Shown: piece after piece, positions 48,026 through 57,043 of the stretch | Layout: each line of letters starts with the position of its first letter | Position numbering within the stretch: position 1 is the stretch's first letter | NCBI GenBank assembly: GCA_944371605.1 | Contig: CALVXU010000002.1 | Location: 27,754 to 91,753 of the forward strand | Reading direction: 5' to 3' | DNA length: 64,000 bases | From: an uncultured Bacilli bacterium | GTDB taxonomy: Bacteria > Bacillota_I > Bacilli_A > RFN20 > CAG-288 | Position numbers and translations under genes: made by a program | Notes under the pieces: model-generated | What the model saw: the letters and a program-made list of their open reading frames with translations, nothing else | Databases searched by the model: none | Told to the model about the DNA's origin: nothing

Positions 48026-50788
48026 ATGCTTTCGATAAAACATCTTGTCAAAAATTATGTCAATTCCGACAAAACTTATCCAGCTTTAAAAAATATATCT
48101 ATAGATTTTCCCGATGTTCAATTCGTCGCGATTTTAGGTCCGTCAGGATGTGGAAAAACAACGCTCTTAAATTTGATAGGTGGATTAGACGATATAACGA
48201 GCGGAGATATTTACCTCAACGATATCTCATTAAAAAATCGCAACGCTAGAGATTTGAATAGTTATCGCAATAATGAGATTGGATTCATCTTCCAAGATTA
48301 TTATCTGATACCAAACTTTACCGCTTTGGATAATGTCAAAATAGGCTTGGCTGTCAGAAATTATAAAACTAGGGATGTCGATAATAAATCTTTATTTGCA
48401 TTAGAAAAGATTGGTATCTTAGATTTAAAGGATAAAAAGCCATCCCAATTATCTGGTGGCCAACAACAAAGAGTAGCTATTGCACGTGCTTTAGCAACCG
48501 ATCCTAAAATCATTTTAGCGGATGAACCAACCGGTGCATTAGATAGTAAAAGTTCAGCGATGGTGATGGATATTCTCAAAGAGATATCAAAAACCCGTCT
48601 AGTCATCATGGTCACTCACAACGAGGAATTGGCCAAATCCTACGCTGATAGAATCATTCATCTAAAAGATGGACAAGTCATCTCAGATTCAGCACCATTT
48701 AAACCGCTTTCAAAAAGCGAGGTGACAACATCTAAAAAAGAGCGAAGAAGTCGTTTGCCATTTTCTATGACTCTCAAATTTGCTTTTCATAATCTGTTCA
48801 CAAAAAAGATGAAAACGGCATTGACCTGTATCACCTCTTCCTTAGGAATGTTAGGAATTTCCTTTTTCCTATCTTTAAACAATGGTTTTGAGCAATATTC
48901 ATCTAGGCTGTCTGAAGTGACCGCTAGTTCTTTACCGGTGATCCTCAATTCATATACTTATAAAACAGATACTGAAAGCGAGACTTTCGGACAAGTGAAC
49001 TTCACTGAAGAATATCCAGATGTAGATGAGATTTATCCGATTGTCAGCACTGACTCCATCACCGATTATACTTTTACTTTTAACAATTTTACTCCTAAGT
49101 TTCTCAACTATCTCGACTCTTTAGTCGATAAGGGATTAGCATCCGAATATGTCATCAACTATGGTAATTCTTATTCATTCAATCTAGTGACTGATTTTCC
49201 TAAAGCGATAACTTCCGATGATGAAGGTGGATATGAGATTGTCAACACTTCTTTGATCAGCGAAAATAGCATCTCTTCAAGAGTAGGATTACCGACGAAT
49301 ATCTTCCATGTGCTCTATGGTGACTTAGATGACTATGATGTTTTAGAAGGTCATTTGCCAACGAACAAAAACGAATTGGTTTTAGTAGTCAATGAAAACA
49401 ACGCGATCGATTTTGCCACCTTGCGAGAACTCGGATTTTATAACCAGGATGATACAGAAGACGATGTCAAAGATCAAAGCTTGAGCACAAAAGTTAAGCC
49501 GATAAGTTTTAAAGATGTTATTGGCAAAGAATATAAAGTGTTTAATAATGATGAGTTTTTCAATGAAACAAACACCAGAACAGTCACTGATTCTCTCGGA
49601 AATGAAAGAACTTTATCAACCTACCAATCTCCAACTGATTTAGAGAATTTTTATACAACACATGGTGAAAAATTAACTATCACAGCCATCATTCGGCCTA
49701 AGAAAGGGTCCGATTACAATCTCTTATCTCCATCATTATGTTTCTTACCTGAACTGCAAGAGGAATTAGTTGAGAAAAACCTTGAAAGTTCTTTCGCGAT
49801 AGACATGAAGAATAATTCCTATATCAATTTTCCAGAAGGTACTGATTCATCCGCTTTTATCGCTGAGATCAAAACGATTTTCGAAGAGTATTTGAAAAGC
49901 AAAGATAGCCTTCTTCCTTCTTCAGACTTAAATGAATTTTTTGATAAATACTTAATATATAAATCTATCGATACTGAGACATTATACGTAGGATTAAACG
50001 CCTTATATAATGATGCTACTGAATATGGAGCTGATCTCATACCAGACTCTTTTAAAGGATTAAATCTTTCTGATAAAGAAAACTTACAAACTATCCTTGA
50101 ACAATTTGAAACAGCACTTAATGATAACGATGTCGATTTGCTTTATGAACTATTAGAGGGGATTCACGCCTACATCAATGGTTTTACCAATATTAGAGCG
50201 ATTGTCATCATCCCTAAAGATTTGAACAAAAGACAAGATATTCTAGATGCTATCACCGAATTTAATGTGATTCAAGAAGACTCTTCTGACCATGCTTCTT
50301 CCATTCGTGAACAAGTTTTTTATTCCACTGCTAATGAAAGCTGGATGGTATCGAGCGTCGGTGAAGTCATCGATATGACTTCGACTATTCTTCTCATTTT
50401 TGCTGCGGTTTCTTTAACCGTGTCTATTTCGATGATCGCATTGATAACTTCGAAAAATGTTTTAGAGAGAGAAAAAGAAATCGGACTATTGCGGGCATTA
50501 GGAGCAAGAAAATTCGATATCGCACGCCTCTTTGAAACAGAAGCTTTGGTAATCGGACTATTCACTGGCTTTTTAGGAGCTTTATTAGGATATGTGCTAA
50601 GTTTCCCTATCAACGCATTGATCAATTCTTATTATCCATCTTTTGAAGTCGGTATGATCTGTGATTTCACTTTTGTGCACGCTTTAATAGTCATCTCCAT
50701 CTCCTTGATCATCTCTTTCTTAGCTGCTCTTATACCTTCCTATCACGCTAGCAAAAAAGATCCAGCAAAATGTTTGAAAGCCGAATGA
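48026..50788 (+). CDS. Fused ABC transporter ATPase-FtsX permease (MacB-like) with a very large extracytoplasmic domain
   Basis: Walker A GPSGCGKTT, signature LSGGQQQRVAIARAL, Walker B ILADEPTGALD. C-terminal FtsX helices with the conserved REKEIGLLRALGA loop. Confidence 0.9.
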   Translation: MLSIKHLVKNYVNSDKTYPALKNISIDFPDVQFVAILGPSGCGKTTLLNLIGGLDDITSGDIYLNDISLKNRNARDLNSYRNNEIGFIFQDYYLIPNFTALDNVKIGLAVRNYKTRDVDNKSLFALEKIGILDLKDKKPSQLSGGQQQRVAIARALATDPKIILADEPTGALDSKSSAMVMDILKEISKTRLVIMVTHNEELAKSYADRIIHLKDGQVISDSAPFKPLSKSEVTTSKKERRSRLPFSMTLKFAFHNLFTKKMKTALTCITSSLGMLGISFFLSLNNGFEQYSSRLSEVTASSLPVILNSYTYKTDTESETFGQVNFTEEYPDVDEIYPIVSTDSITDYTFTFNNFTPKFLNYLDSLVDKGLASEYVINYGNSYSFNLVTDFPKAITSDDEGGYEIVNTSLISENSISSRVGLPTNIFHVLYGDLDDYDVLEGHLPTNKNELVLVVNENNAIDFATLRELGFYNQDDTEDDVKDQSLSTKVKPISFKDVIGKEYKVFNNDEFFNETNTRTVTDSLGNERTLSTYQSPTDLENFYTTHGEKLTITAIIRPKKGSDYNLLSPSLCFLPELQEELVEKNLESSFAIDMKNNSYINFPEGTDSSAFIAEIKTIFEEYLKSKDSLLPSSDLNEFFDKYLIYKSIDTETLYVGLNALYNDATEYGADLIPDSFKGLNLSDKENLQTILEQFETALNDNDVDLLYELLEGIHAYINGFTNIRAIVIIPKDLNKRQDILDAITEFNVIQEDSSDHASSIREQVFYSTANESWMVSSVGEVIDMTSTILLIFAAVSLTVSISMIALITSKNVLEREKEIGLLRALGARKFDIARLFETEALVIGLFTGFLGALLGYVLSFPINALINSYYPSFEVGMICDFTFVHALIVISISLIISFLAALIPSYHASKKDPAKCLKAE

Positions 50789-50931
50789 TTTTCTTCGTAA
50801 GGTTTTCTTTACCGTTTCTCTAGTTTGCGAAAATTCTTTTTTTACTTGTATATTATTTATTAATATAACTATAATAACCAAGTAATGCTTCACATTTTTA
50901 GTGTGAAGATGAAACGGAAAGAGGTAAAACT

Positions 50932-51654
50932 ATGGGTAGAGCACATGAAGTTAGAGCTAAAAAAATCGCACAGACAAATGCTGCCAAATCTGCATTATAC
51001 AATCGTGCAAGCAAAGAAATTTATATGGCTGCAAAATCTGGTGTGCCTGATCCTAATGAAAATTTAGCCTTGAGATCCGCTATTGAAAAGTGGAAAGCTC
51101 AACATGTCACTAGAGATGTCATCGATAGAGCTGTCAATAAAGCTAAAAGCAAAGATTCTGCTGCTTATGTCTCCGGCAGATATGAAGGTTTTGGTCCGGC
51201 TGGTGTAGCCATCATGGTCGATACTTTAACCGATAATGAAAAGAGAGCTTTTTCAGCTATCAGAGCTGCCTTCAACCATCATGGTGGCAAATTAGGCAAT
51301 TCTGGCTGCGTGTCATATAATTTCAGTTTGATGGGCGTTTTAGATTTCGATTCAGATAAGACTATTGAAGAGATCGAAGACGATCTCATCTTGAATGATG
51401 TCGACGTCAAGAACGTTGATAAAGTTGAAAATTCTGTTGAAGTGCAAGTCGCCTCTGACGCTTTGGAAGCCGCTAAAACCACGATTGAAAAAGACTTCGG
51501 TATCACTGAGTTTGATATGAATGCAGTCACTTATGTTCCTAATGGAGAATATGTCAGTTTAAATGATGAAGATAGAGCCAAAGTGCAAAATCTTCTCGAT
51601 GCTTTAGATGACTTGGAAGATGTTCAAGCCGTCTATCATAACGCCGATTTATAA
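50932..51654 (+). CDS. yebC: YebC/PmpR-family transcriptional/translational regulator
   Basis: MGRAHEVRAKKIAQTNAAKS ... YEGFGPAGVAIMVDTLTDN match the family. GAGG RBS. Confidence 0.9.
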   Translation: MGRAHEVRAKKIAQTNAAKSALYNRASKEIYMAAKSGVPDPNENLALRSAIEKWKAQHVTRDVIDRAVNKAKSKDSAAYVSGRYEGFGPAGVAIMVDTLTDNEKRAFSAIRAAFNHHGGKLGNSGCVSYNFSLMGVLDFDSDKTIEEIEDDLILNDVDVKNVDKVENSVEVQVASDALEAAKTTIEKDFGITEFDMNAVTYVPNGEYVSLNDEDRAKVQNLLDALDDLEDVQAVYHNADL

Positions 51655-51666
51655 ATTTGATCAATT

Positions 51667-51692
51667 GGTATGGCAACAAGCCATACCTTTTT
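51667..51692 (+). terminator. Rho-independent terminator after yebC
   Basis: GGTATGGC-aacaa-GCCATACC followed by TTTTT. Confidence 0.8.
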
Positions 51693-51736
51693 AAGTATAA
51701 ATATAGACTTTTATTTCACTATTCATTATACTTTCA

Positions 51737-52174
51737 ATGCTGCATATGAAAAAACTTAAAGAACGTTTTTCTAAATTTACTATCCATGATTATTTACCGA
51801 TGATTTGCTTAGCCATCGTCTTTATCTTCGGCCTTTATTTCGCAATTTCTATGAGCGTGACCCTTTCAAAAGGGTTAACTCTTTTTGGTGACAGCAATCA
51901 AAGGCCATCAGGGATTGAGATGGAAGGACCGACAAGCGCTGATATCAGTGTCTTGAGTTTAATTTGGGTTTTGGTCGCACTTTTATTAGCGACTTTAATC
52001 TATCTCATTTTTTTCAAAAAGCCGGTAAAAAATGGTGTGACTAAAAAAGAAATAATCGATAATAAAATTGTTGAAGTTAAGCAAGAAAATACTGATAAAA
52101 GTTCTTTATCTGATCAAGCATTTTTAGATTCTTTATCAAAGTTAGAACATAAAGATAAAAACGATGAGCAATGA
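51737..52174 (+). CDS. Small uncharacterised membrane protein (two TM helices)
   Basis: Two hydrophobic helices. The start is ambiguous (ATG at 51737 or 51746). Overlaps the next ORF by 11 nt. Confidence 0.5.
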   Translation: MLHMKKLKERFSKFTIHDYLPMICLAIVFIFGLYFAISMSVTLSKGLTLFGDSNQRPSGIEMEGPTSADISVLSLIWVLVALLLATLIYLIFFKKPVKNGVTKKEIIDNKIVEVKQENTDKSSLSDQAFLDSLSKLEHKDKNDEQ

Positions 52175-52517
52175 TATCAACTTATCTGATTTAAACCATT
52201 ATGAATTTATCCGTTATGAATCATCTGATGATAGATTCATAATTTTTATCGTCTCCGATGATAAAAACTGTGATGATTGTTGCCATCTAAATGGTCACTT
52301 ATATAAAGTGACATTTATGAATATCAGTGAGTTAGTAATCTCAGGCAAAGAAGCAGATAGCTATATCTATAAAAATTTTAAATTTACTGATAATAGACTC
52401 AGTTTTTCTTTAAAAGGCATCAATTATCTAGATGATAATACTGAACTTGATATCAGCTTTAATTTTGCTTCATATCAAATCGAAGACTTGGGCGCAATCA
52501 AAGAAGCAGATGCTTGA
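52164..52517 (+). CDS. Small uncharacterised acidic protein (117 aa)
   Basis: ORF overlapping the upstream membrane-protein gene. No recognisable motif and no clear RBS. Confidence 0.4.
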   Translation: MSNDINLSDLNHYEFIRYESSDDRFIIFIVSDDKNCDDCCHLNGHLYKVTFMNISELVISGKEADSYIYKNFKFTDNRLSFSLKGINYLDDNTELDISFNFASYQIEDLGAIKEADA

Positions 52518-52692
52518 TTAAATGATTCACAACTTAACTATTTACGAGACAATAGCACTTTTAAAATAGATTTCAAAAAAATCTCTTGCTTCTAATATTA
52601 CAAATTTTAACGAAACTGTTATAAAAACTATTTATATATATGTATTTTTTATTTTTTTATATGGCAATTCGTAAGCCATTTTAACTGTTTTG

Positions 52693-52721
52693 TTGAATGA
52701 TTTTTTGCTTGAATAGATAAT
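52693..52721 (+). promoter_or_regulatory. Candidate promoter TTGAAT-17 nt-GATAAT upstream of the 970-aa lipoprotein gene
   Basis: TTGAAT at 52693-98 and GATAAT at 52716-21. The AAGGAG RBS and the ATG at 52749 follow. Confidence 0.4.
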
Positions 52722-52748
52722 AATTATAAATAAAAGGAGTTTATTCGC

Positions 52749-55661
52749 ATGAAAAAATCATCTAAATTCTCGCTTCTTATTCTTCCTCTTCTATTTTCGA
52801 TGTCTCTTTTCTCTTGTGACAATTCTACTTCATCAAGTTCGGATAATATCACAAGACCTTCTACACCATCTGATATCACTTCTTCAAACACAGATTCAAG
52901 CAATAGTTCTTCAACCACTACAGAACCGATTGTACAAAAAGAAAAATTGACAATAATCACACCTAATGGTACCAGTATTTCTTCAGATTATGAAGATGAA
53001 TTTATTGTGGGAGAGCCGATAATTTTGCCTACCGAAACCCAGATCAGCGGTTTAGGCACTAGAGAAATTGTCGGTTATTTCATAGTCGATACTGATACTG
53101 AAGTCATTTCTGGTGAAACATTGATGATCAAAGGTGGTCTAACTATCGAATTGAGAGTCAAAGAAACAATAGCTTCTTTAACTATCATCAATAACACTCA
53201 AGCGGTGCTAGAAGAAAATTATCAAACAGAATTTAAAATCGGTGAAGCTATCACATTACCTGATATCATTTCTCTGCCCACTGGTTATGAACTTGATGGT
53301 TTTTATATTCAAGGAACAAATGAAAAAGCGATCAGCGGTCAGACTTTGATGCCTGAAGAGGGGTTGACATTAGAATTAAAATTGACTGCTTTAGCTCAAG
53401 TCACAATTCATTTTGCTAATAAATTGCATGATGATATCACTTTATATGTCAAAGTTGGTTCAACAATCGACTTAGACGAGTATGATATCAAAGACGAATT
53501 GCCTGCAAATTATGAATTTGACCATTGGTGGGGTTATGATGACGATGGCGACATCATAGTTGATGAAGAAAATGAAGTTGTAATCGTTTCCGACACTGAT
53601 ATTTGGTATGCAGTTAAGATTGCTAAGCGCACTGTTGAATTCATTTTACCAGAGGGTGTGAGCATCAAAGATAGCTATAAGCGTGAATATGAAGTAGGTA
53701 TTCAAGTGGTCAAAGCCCCTTTGACAAGCGAAATCGAAGGCATACCTGAAGGTAAAGAAATAGATGGATGGTATTATAATGGGGAACTTTATGATGGTAA
53801 GACCATCATGCCTTTGGAAGGAATGACCCTAGAATTGCGCTTAAAAGATATCGAATGTACGATCTCTTTGAATTTGACAATACCAAATTCGCAAATAAAA
53901 ATCACTGATGACTATCCGATGAAGCAAACCTGTTCATATGGAAGCACTATAACTCTACCAAAAAGAGAACAATTGACAGGTATTGCTGAAGATGCTCGAA
54001 TCGAATGGTATGTGAATAATGAACTATGTGAATCGGACTCCTTTGTCGCTAATGAAAAGAAAATAACCATATCTTTAAAAGTTTTTGTCAAAGCTAAATT
54101 TATACTTCCAGAAACAATCACTATTGATAAAACACTAACTGAAGCTGAATACGAAGCTGGTAAAAATATTCCATTCTTCGAAAACATCGATTCATATTTA
54201 CAGATTGATGAAAACGAGACTAGAACAATTGCAGCTTGGTACTATCAAACTGCTTATGGAACACAAACTGAGGCTAGCAAATATGTAAAAATTCCAGCTA
54301 GTGGTTTGATCATGACTCCGACATTCACACCTGTAGGAATACCACTGACCCCAGGTAAAAACAATAGCAAAGATCTACCAGATAAATTCGGTCACTATAG
54401 TGATGATTTGAAAACTTTCACAGCATTTGGTAATAATGATGCGACAGCCTTCTCTCCAAGTGATGCCATCATCGGTGGAGAATCAGGAAGAATATGGACA
54501 CATAACGGCACATTAAACATCAATGATGGTTTCCGTTTAAACAGCATGACTGAAGATGGAATACAAAGCGATAAACATTATCGCATCTACTATCATCTTG
54601 AAAATTGCGGTGAAACCGAATTGTCATTTGACCTTTATCAAATAAATTCGCAGACAGACATTTTATCAACGACCACTTCAACTAAATATCCTGATACTAT
54701 CACCTTATCAAAAGGCGAAATGCTTTCCTTATCAATCGAAATAACCGGGTATCAAAACGATAACCTTCTCTCGATGTTTGTCATGAAAAAAGAAGTCACA
54801 AATATGCGTTTGGGTATCGCAATGTCATATGAAGAATTCACGCCAGTAATAGACCCAAGTGTTAAATACACTTTAACGTTATCAGATAAAGATGATATAA
54901 CTTTTGCCGATGGTAGCAAATCCGCTGAACTAGCTGAAGGAGAAGCTTTGCCCGAAATCATCAATAACACTGGAAGAACGATTGAAGGCTATCATTCTTC
55001 AGATAAAATTTATGATGATTTCACTATGCCTGGTCAAGATACAACCATCGCACCTCATTATATCAATGATGGCTATAGAAGAATGTGGTTCGGCGATGGT
55101 AAAAAAGACGGCATTCCTGACAATTTATCAGGAGAAGTCACCGCAGATAACTTTGTAAAATTACGTGATCCTATAACTCAATCCGACCCATCGATTTATG
55201 GTGATATCAAAGATGAGATGAAAACGATTGTCAACGGAGGTGAAACTGGTTTTGCTCAGCAAGGCGTCTTAATGCAATATAATTCTGAGATGAAGGCAGG
55301 CGGTGCTTTCCGCAACTCAATTGTCGTCAATGATAAATCAGATCTCAGCGGTTCACAGTTCAAGTTAGAAAAGGATAAGACATATACTTATAATTTCAAT
55401 TTTGAGAACAAAGGTGAGAGCGATATCGCCTTTGAAGTCACTTTTGTAAATAGCGGCATCAACAAAGACAGCACTGGTGGTGATCATAATTTTAAAGTCG
55501 AATTAGCTAAAGGCGAGAGCATGACCATCACTTGTGATGTCTCATATTTAACCTTCTATAGCGGAACAACTAATGATAATGCTAATCTCTTATTCGAAGC
55601 TTTACAAGATATGAGTGATATCAAATTAGGGATTGCTATGTCTATAAAGATACCGGAATAA
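52749..55661 (+). CDS. Large surface lipoprotein with tandem Listeria/Bacteroides (InlB B-repeat, Flg_new-like) repeats and two copies of a C-terminal beta-sandwich-like module
   Basis: Lipobox SLFSC plus a Ser/Thr-rich linker. Repeated segments of the type ...GYELDGFYIQGT..., ...EIVGYFIVDTD..., ...YEFDHWWGYDD..., ...KEIDGWYYNGELY.... Two C-terminal modules each end in LGIAMS. Confidence 0.75.
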   Translation: MKKSSKFSLLILPLLFSMSLFSCDNSTSSSSDNITRPSTPSDITSSNTDSSNSSSTTTEPIVQKEKLTIITPNGTSISSDYEDEFIVGEPIILPTETQISGLGTREIVGYFIVDTDTEVISGETLMIKGGLTIELRVKETIASLTIINNTQAVLEENYQTEFKIGEAITLPDIISLPTGYELDGFYIQGTNEKAISGQTLMPEEGLTLELKLTALAQVTIHFANKLHDDITLYVKVGSTIDLDEYDIKDELPANYEFDHWWGYDDDGDIIVDEENEVVIVSDTDIWYAVKIAKRTVEFILPEGVSIKDSYKREYEVGIQVVKAPLTSEIEGIPEGKEIDGWYYNGELYDGKTIMPLEGMTLELRLKDIECTISLNLTIPNSQIKITDDYPMKQTCSYGSTITLPKREQLTGIAEDARIEWYVNNELCESDSFVANEKKITISLKVFVKAKFILPETITIDKTLTEAEYEAGKNIPFFENIDSYLQIDENETRTIAAWYYQTAYGTQTEASKYVKIPASGLIMTPTFTPVGIPLTPGKNNSKDLPDKFGHYSDDLKTFTAFGNNDATAFSPSDAIIGGESGRIWTHNGTLNINDGFRLNSMTEDGIQSDKHYRIYYHLENCGETELSFDLYQINSQTDILSTTTSTKYPDTITLSKGEMLSLSIEITGYQNDNLLSMFVMKKEVTNMRLGIAMSYEEFTPVIDPSVKYTLTLSDKDDITFADGSKSAELAEGEALPEIINNTGRTIEGYHSSDKIYDDFTMPGQDTTIAPHYINDGYRRMWFGDGKKDGIPDNLSGEVTADNFVKLRDPITQSDPSIYGDIKDEMKTIVNGGETGFAQQGVLMQYNSEMKAGGAFRNSIVVNDKSDLSGSQFKLEKDKTYTYNFNFENKGESDIAFEVTFVNSGINKDSTGGDHNFKVELAKGESMTITCDVSYLTFYSGTTNDNANLLFEALQDMSDIKLGIAMSIKIPE

Positions 55662-55696
55662 GATAGTTCAAACTTTTATATCTGATTATCCAAAAT

Positions 55697-55735
55697 AAAA
55701 GAGTGACTCAACAGCTTCGAAGTCACTCTTTTTTT
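55697..55735. terminator. Bidirectional rho-independent terminator between convergent genes
   Basis: AAAAGAGTGACT-caacagcttcga-AGTCACTCTTTT, flanked by an A-rich tract upstream and TTTTTT downstream. Confidence 0.8.
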
Positions 55736-55755
55736 GATTGAATTCTATTTAAATT

Positions 55756-56436
55756 TTATGGACGATATTTGCACCAATCTTTTTTATCAAATGACACTTG
55801 AATAATTCTTGTCTTCGGGAATAGTTTTTCACATGGCACTGGTCCGTCTAACCACTTGACTCCTATCTCATCCTCTTTGACTGATAAAACACGGAATTCA
55901 CGAATGCCAAGACCATGGGCCGAGCAATCGAATCGCACGAAATTACCGACAGTGACACCATATTTGACAACCGTTACAATGCCGAGAGGTAATTCAGTAG
56001 AAACTGAATCAAGGAGTTTATAACGACCGCGATGGGCGACTTTTTCAATCAAGAAAGCGAATCCTAATACTTTAGCGCCCATATCTTGAATAATCGAATA
56101 CATTGAGAAATAAAGTGAACCACCACAGATAGCTGATCCGACGATCAAAACACTATCACCTTCTTTAAAATATTCGCCTGAAGCTATGAGTCCATCGTAA
56201 GGGTTCAAAATGATAACGCCTAAGCCTAAACGATAGGCAAGAGCTGATGCAAAAGTGGTGTCCCCAGTCGGGCAGACAATCTTTGTCACTCTTTTATCTA
56301 ATGGTGATAACTTTTCTACCATACTATCAACAGCTACTTTAAAAGCGACTTGATCTGAAAATAAAGGGGTTAAATCTTTATAAGTTGGATTTTTTGGATC
56401 AGTGAGTATATATTTATCAAAAATTTCTTCGTTCAT
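55756..56436 (-). CDS. Adenine-phosphoribosyltransferase-like protein with a degenerate PRPP loop and a C-terminal extension of about 75 aa
   Basis: Apt-like N-terminus (YKDLTPLFSDQVAFKVAVDSMVEKL; ALAYRLGLGVIIL). The PRPP motif reads VLIVGSAICGGSL, where canonical Apt has an acidic pair (VLIVDDLLATGGT type). The extra C-terminal segment ends in WCKYRP. Confidence 0.6.
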   Translation of the reverse strand: MNEEIFDKYILTDPKNPTYKDLTPLFSDQVAFKVAVDSMVEKLSPLDKRVTKIVCPTGDTTFASALAYRLGLGVIILNPYDGLIASGEYFKEGDSVLIVGSAICGGSLYFSMYSIIQDMGAKVLGFAFLIEKVAHRGRYKLLDSVSTELPLGIVTVVKYGVTVGNFVRFDCSAHGLGIREFRVLSVKEDEIGVKWLDGPVPCEKLFPKTRIIQVSFDKKDWCKYRP

Positions 56437-56469
56437 ATTTTTTACCTCTAAAAATAATTATAAACCAAA

Positions 56470-57030
56470 TCAGCTTTCTTTTTTAGATTTATGATGCTCA
56501 GCAGTCACTTTTTCTCGTATTCCTGACAAAACTTCATAAACTTCTTTATCTGTAGCGTCCGGATGCTCTTTGATATATTCATCAAATTCAGAGATGATAT
56601 CTCCATAATATGGTTCATCATACATCTCTTCTTCAGTCTTTTCATCTTCATCATGGTTATCGGCATCAGTTTTGACAGTGTTAGTTTCAGTCATATATGT
56701 CGGATAATCATCTTGAATACGAATATATTCATGCTCTTCATCAAAATAATTAAAAACGATATGCTGATGTACAGCTACTTCGTCTAAAAACTTGAGAAGA
56801 ATATCTACGACTTCTTTTTCATGCTCCTGATATTCATAAGGAGCTCTAACTATAACTTCTATGCGATAAGCAGTCTGTTCGACACCATCATGAATGATAA
56901 ATGAAGACGGGGCATAGAAGTTCAATTCATCTTCATCACAAGCAAAAGCCTCTACCAATGGTTTATGTAATTTTTTAGACAATGCTTCTGCCTGATAAAT
57001 ATCCATACCTAATAGACTGATTAAAATCAT
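56470..57030 (-). CDS. DUF1904-like (tautomerase-fold-like) protein with a long acidic C-terminal tail
   Basis: Start reassigned to the ATG at 57030, which follows AAGGAG (the RBS overlaps the priA stop). MILISLLGMDIYQAEALSKKLHKPLVEAFACDEDELNFY... resembles DUF1904. This is my recollection of the family, not a search result. Confidence 0.55.
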   Translation of the reverse strand: MILISLLGMDIYQAEALSKKLHKPLVEAFACDEDELNFYAPSSFIIHDGVEQTAYRIEVIVRAPYEYQEHEKEVVDILLKFLDEVAVHQHIVFNYFDEEHEYIRIQDDYPTYMTETNTVKTDADNHDEDEKTEEEMYDEPYYGDIISEFDEYIKEHPDATDKEVYEVLSGIREKVTAEHHKSKKES

Positions 57031-57043
57031 TTTCTTTTTCTCC

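Noticed and set aside
50893-50913. Hairpin CTTCACA-tttttag-TGTGAAG in the yebC leader as a regulatory RNA element
   Set aside because: The stem is only 7 bp and has no associated T-tract or alternative structure. There is not enough evidence to call it an attenuator.
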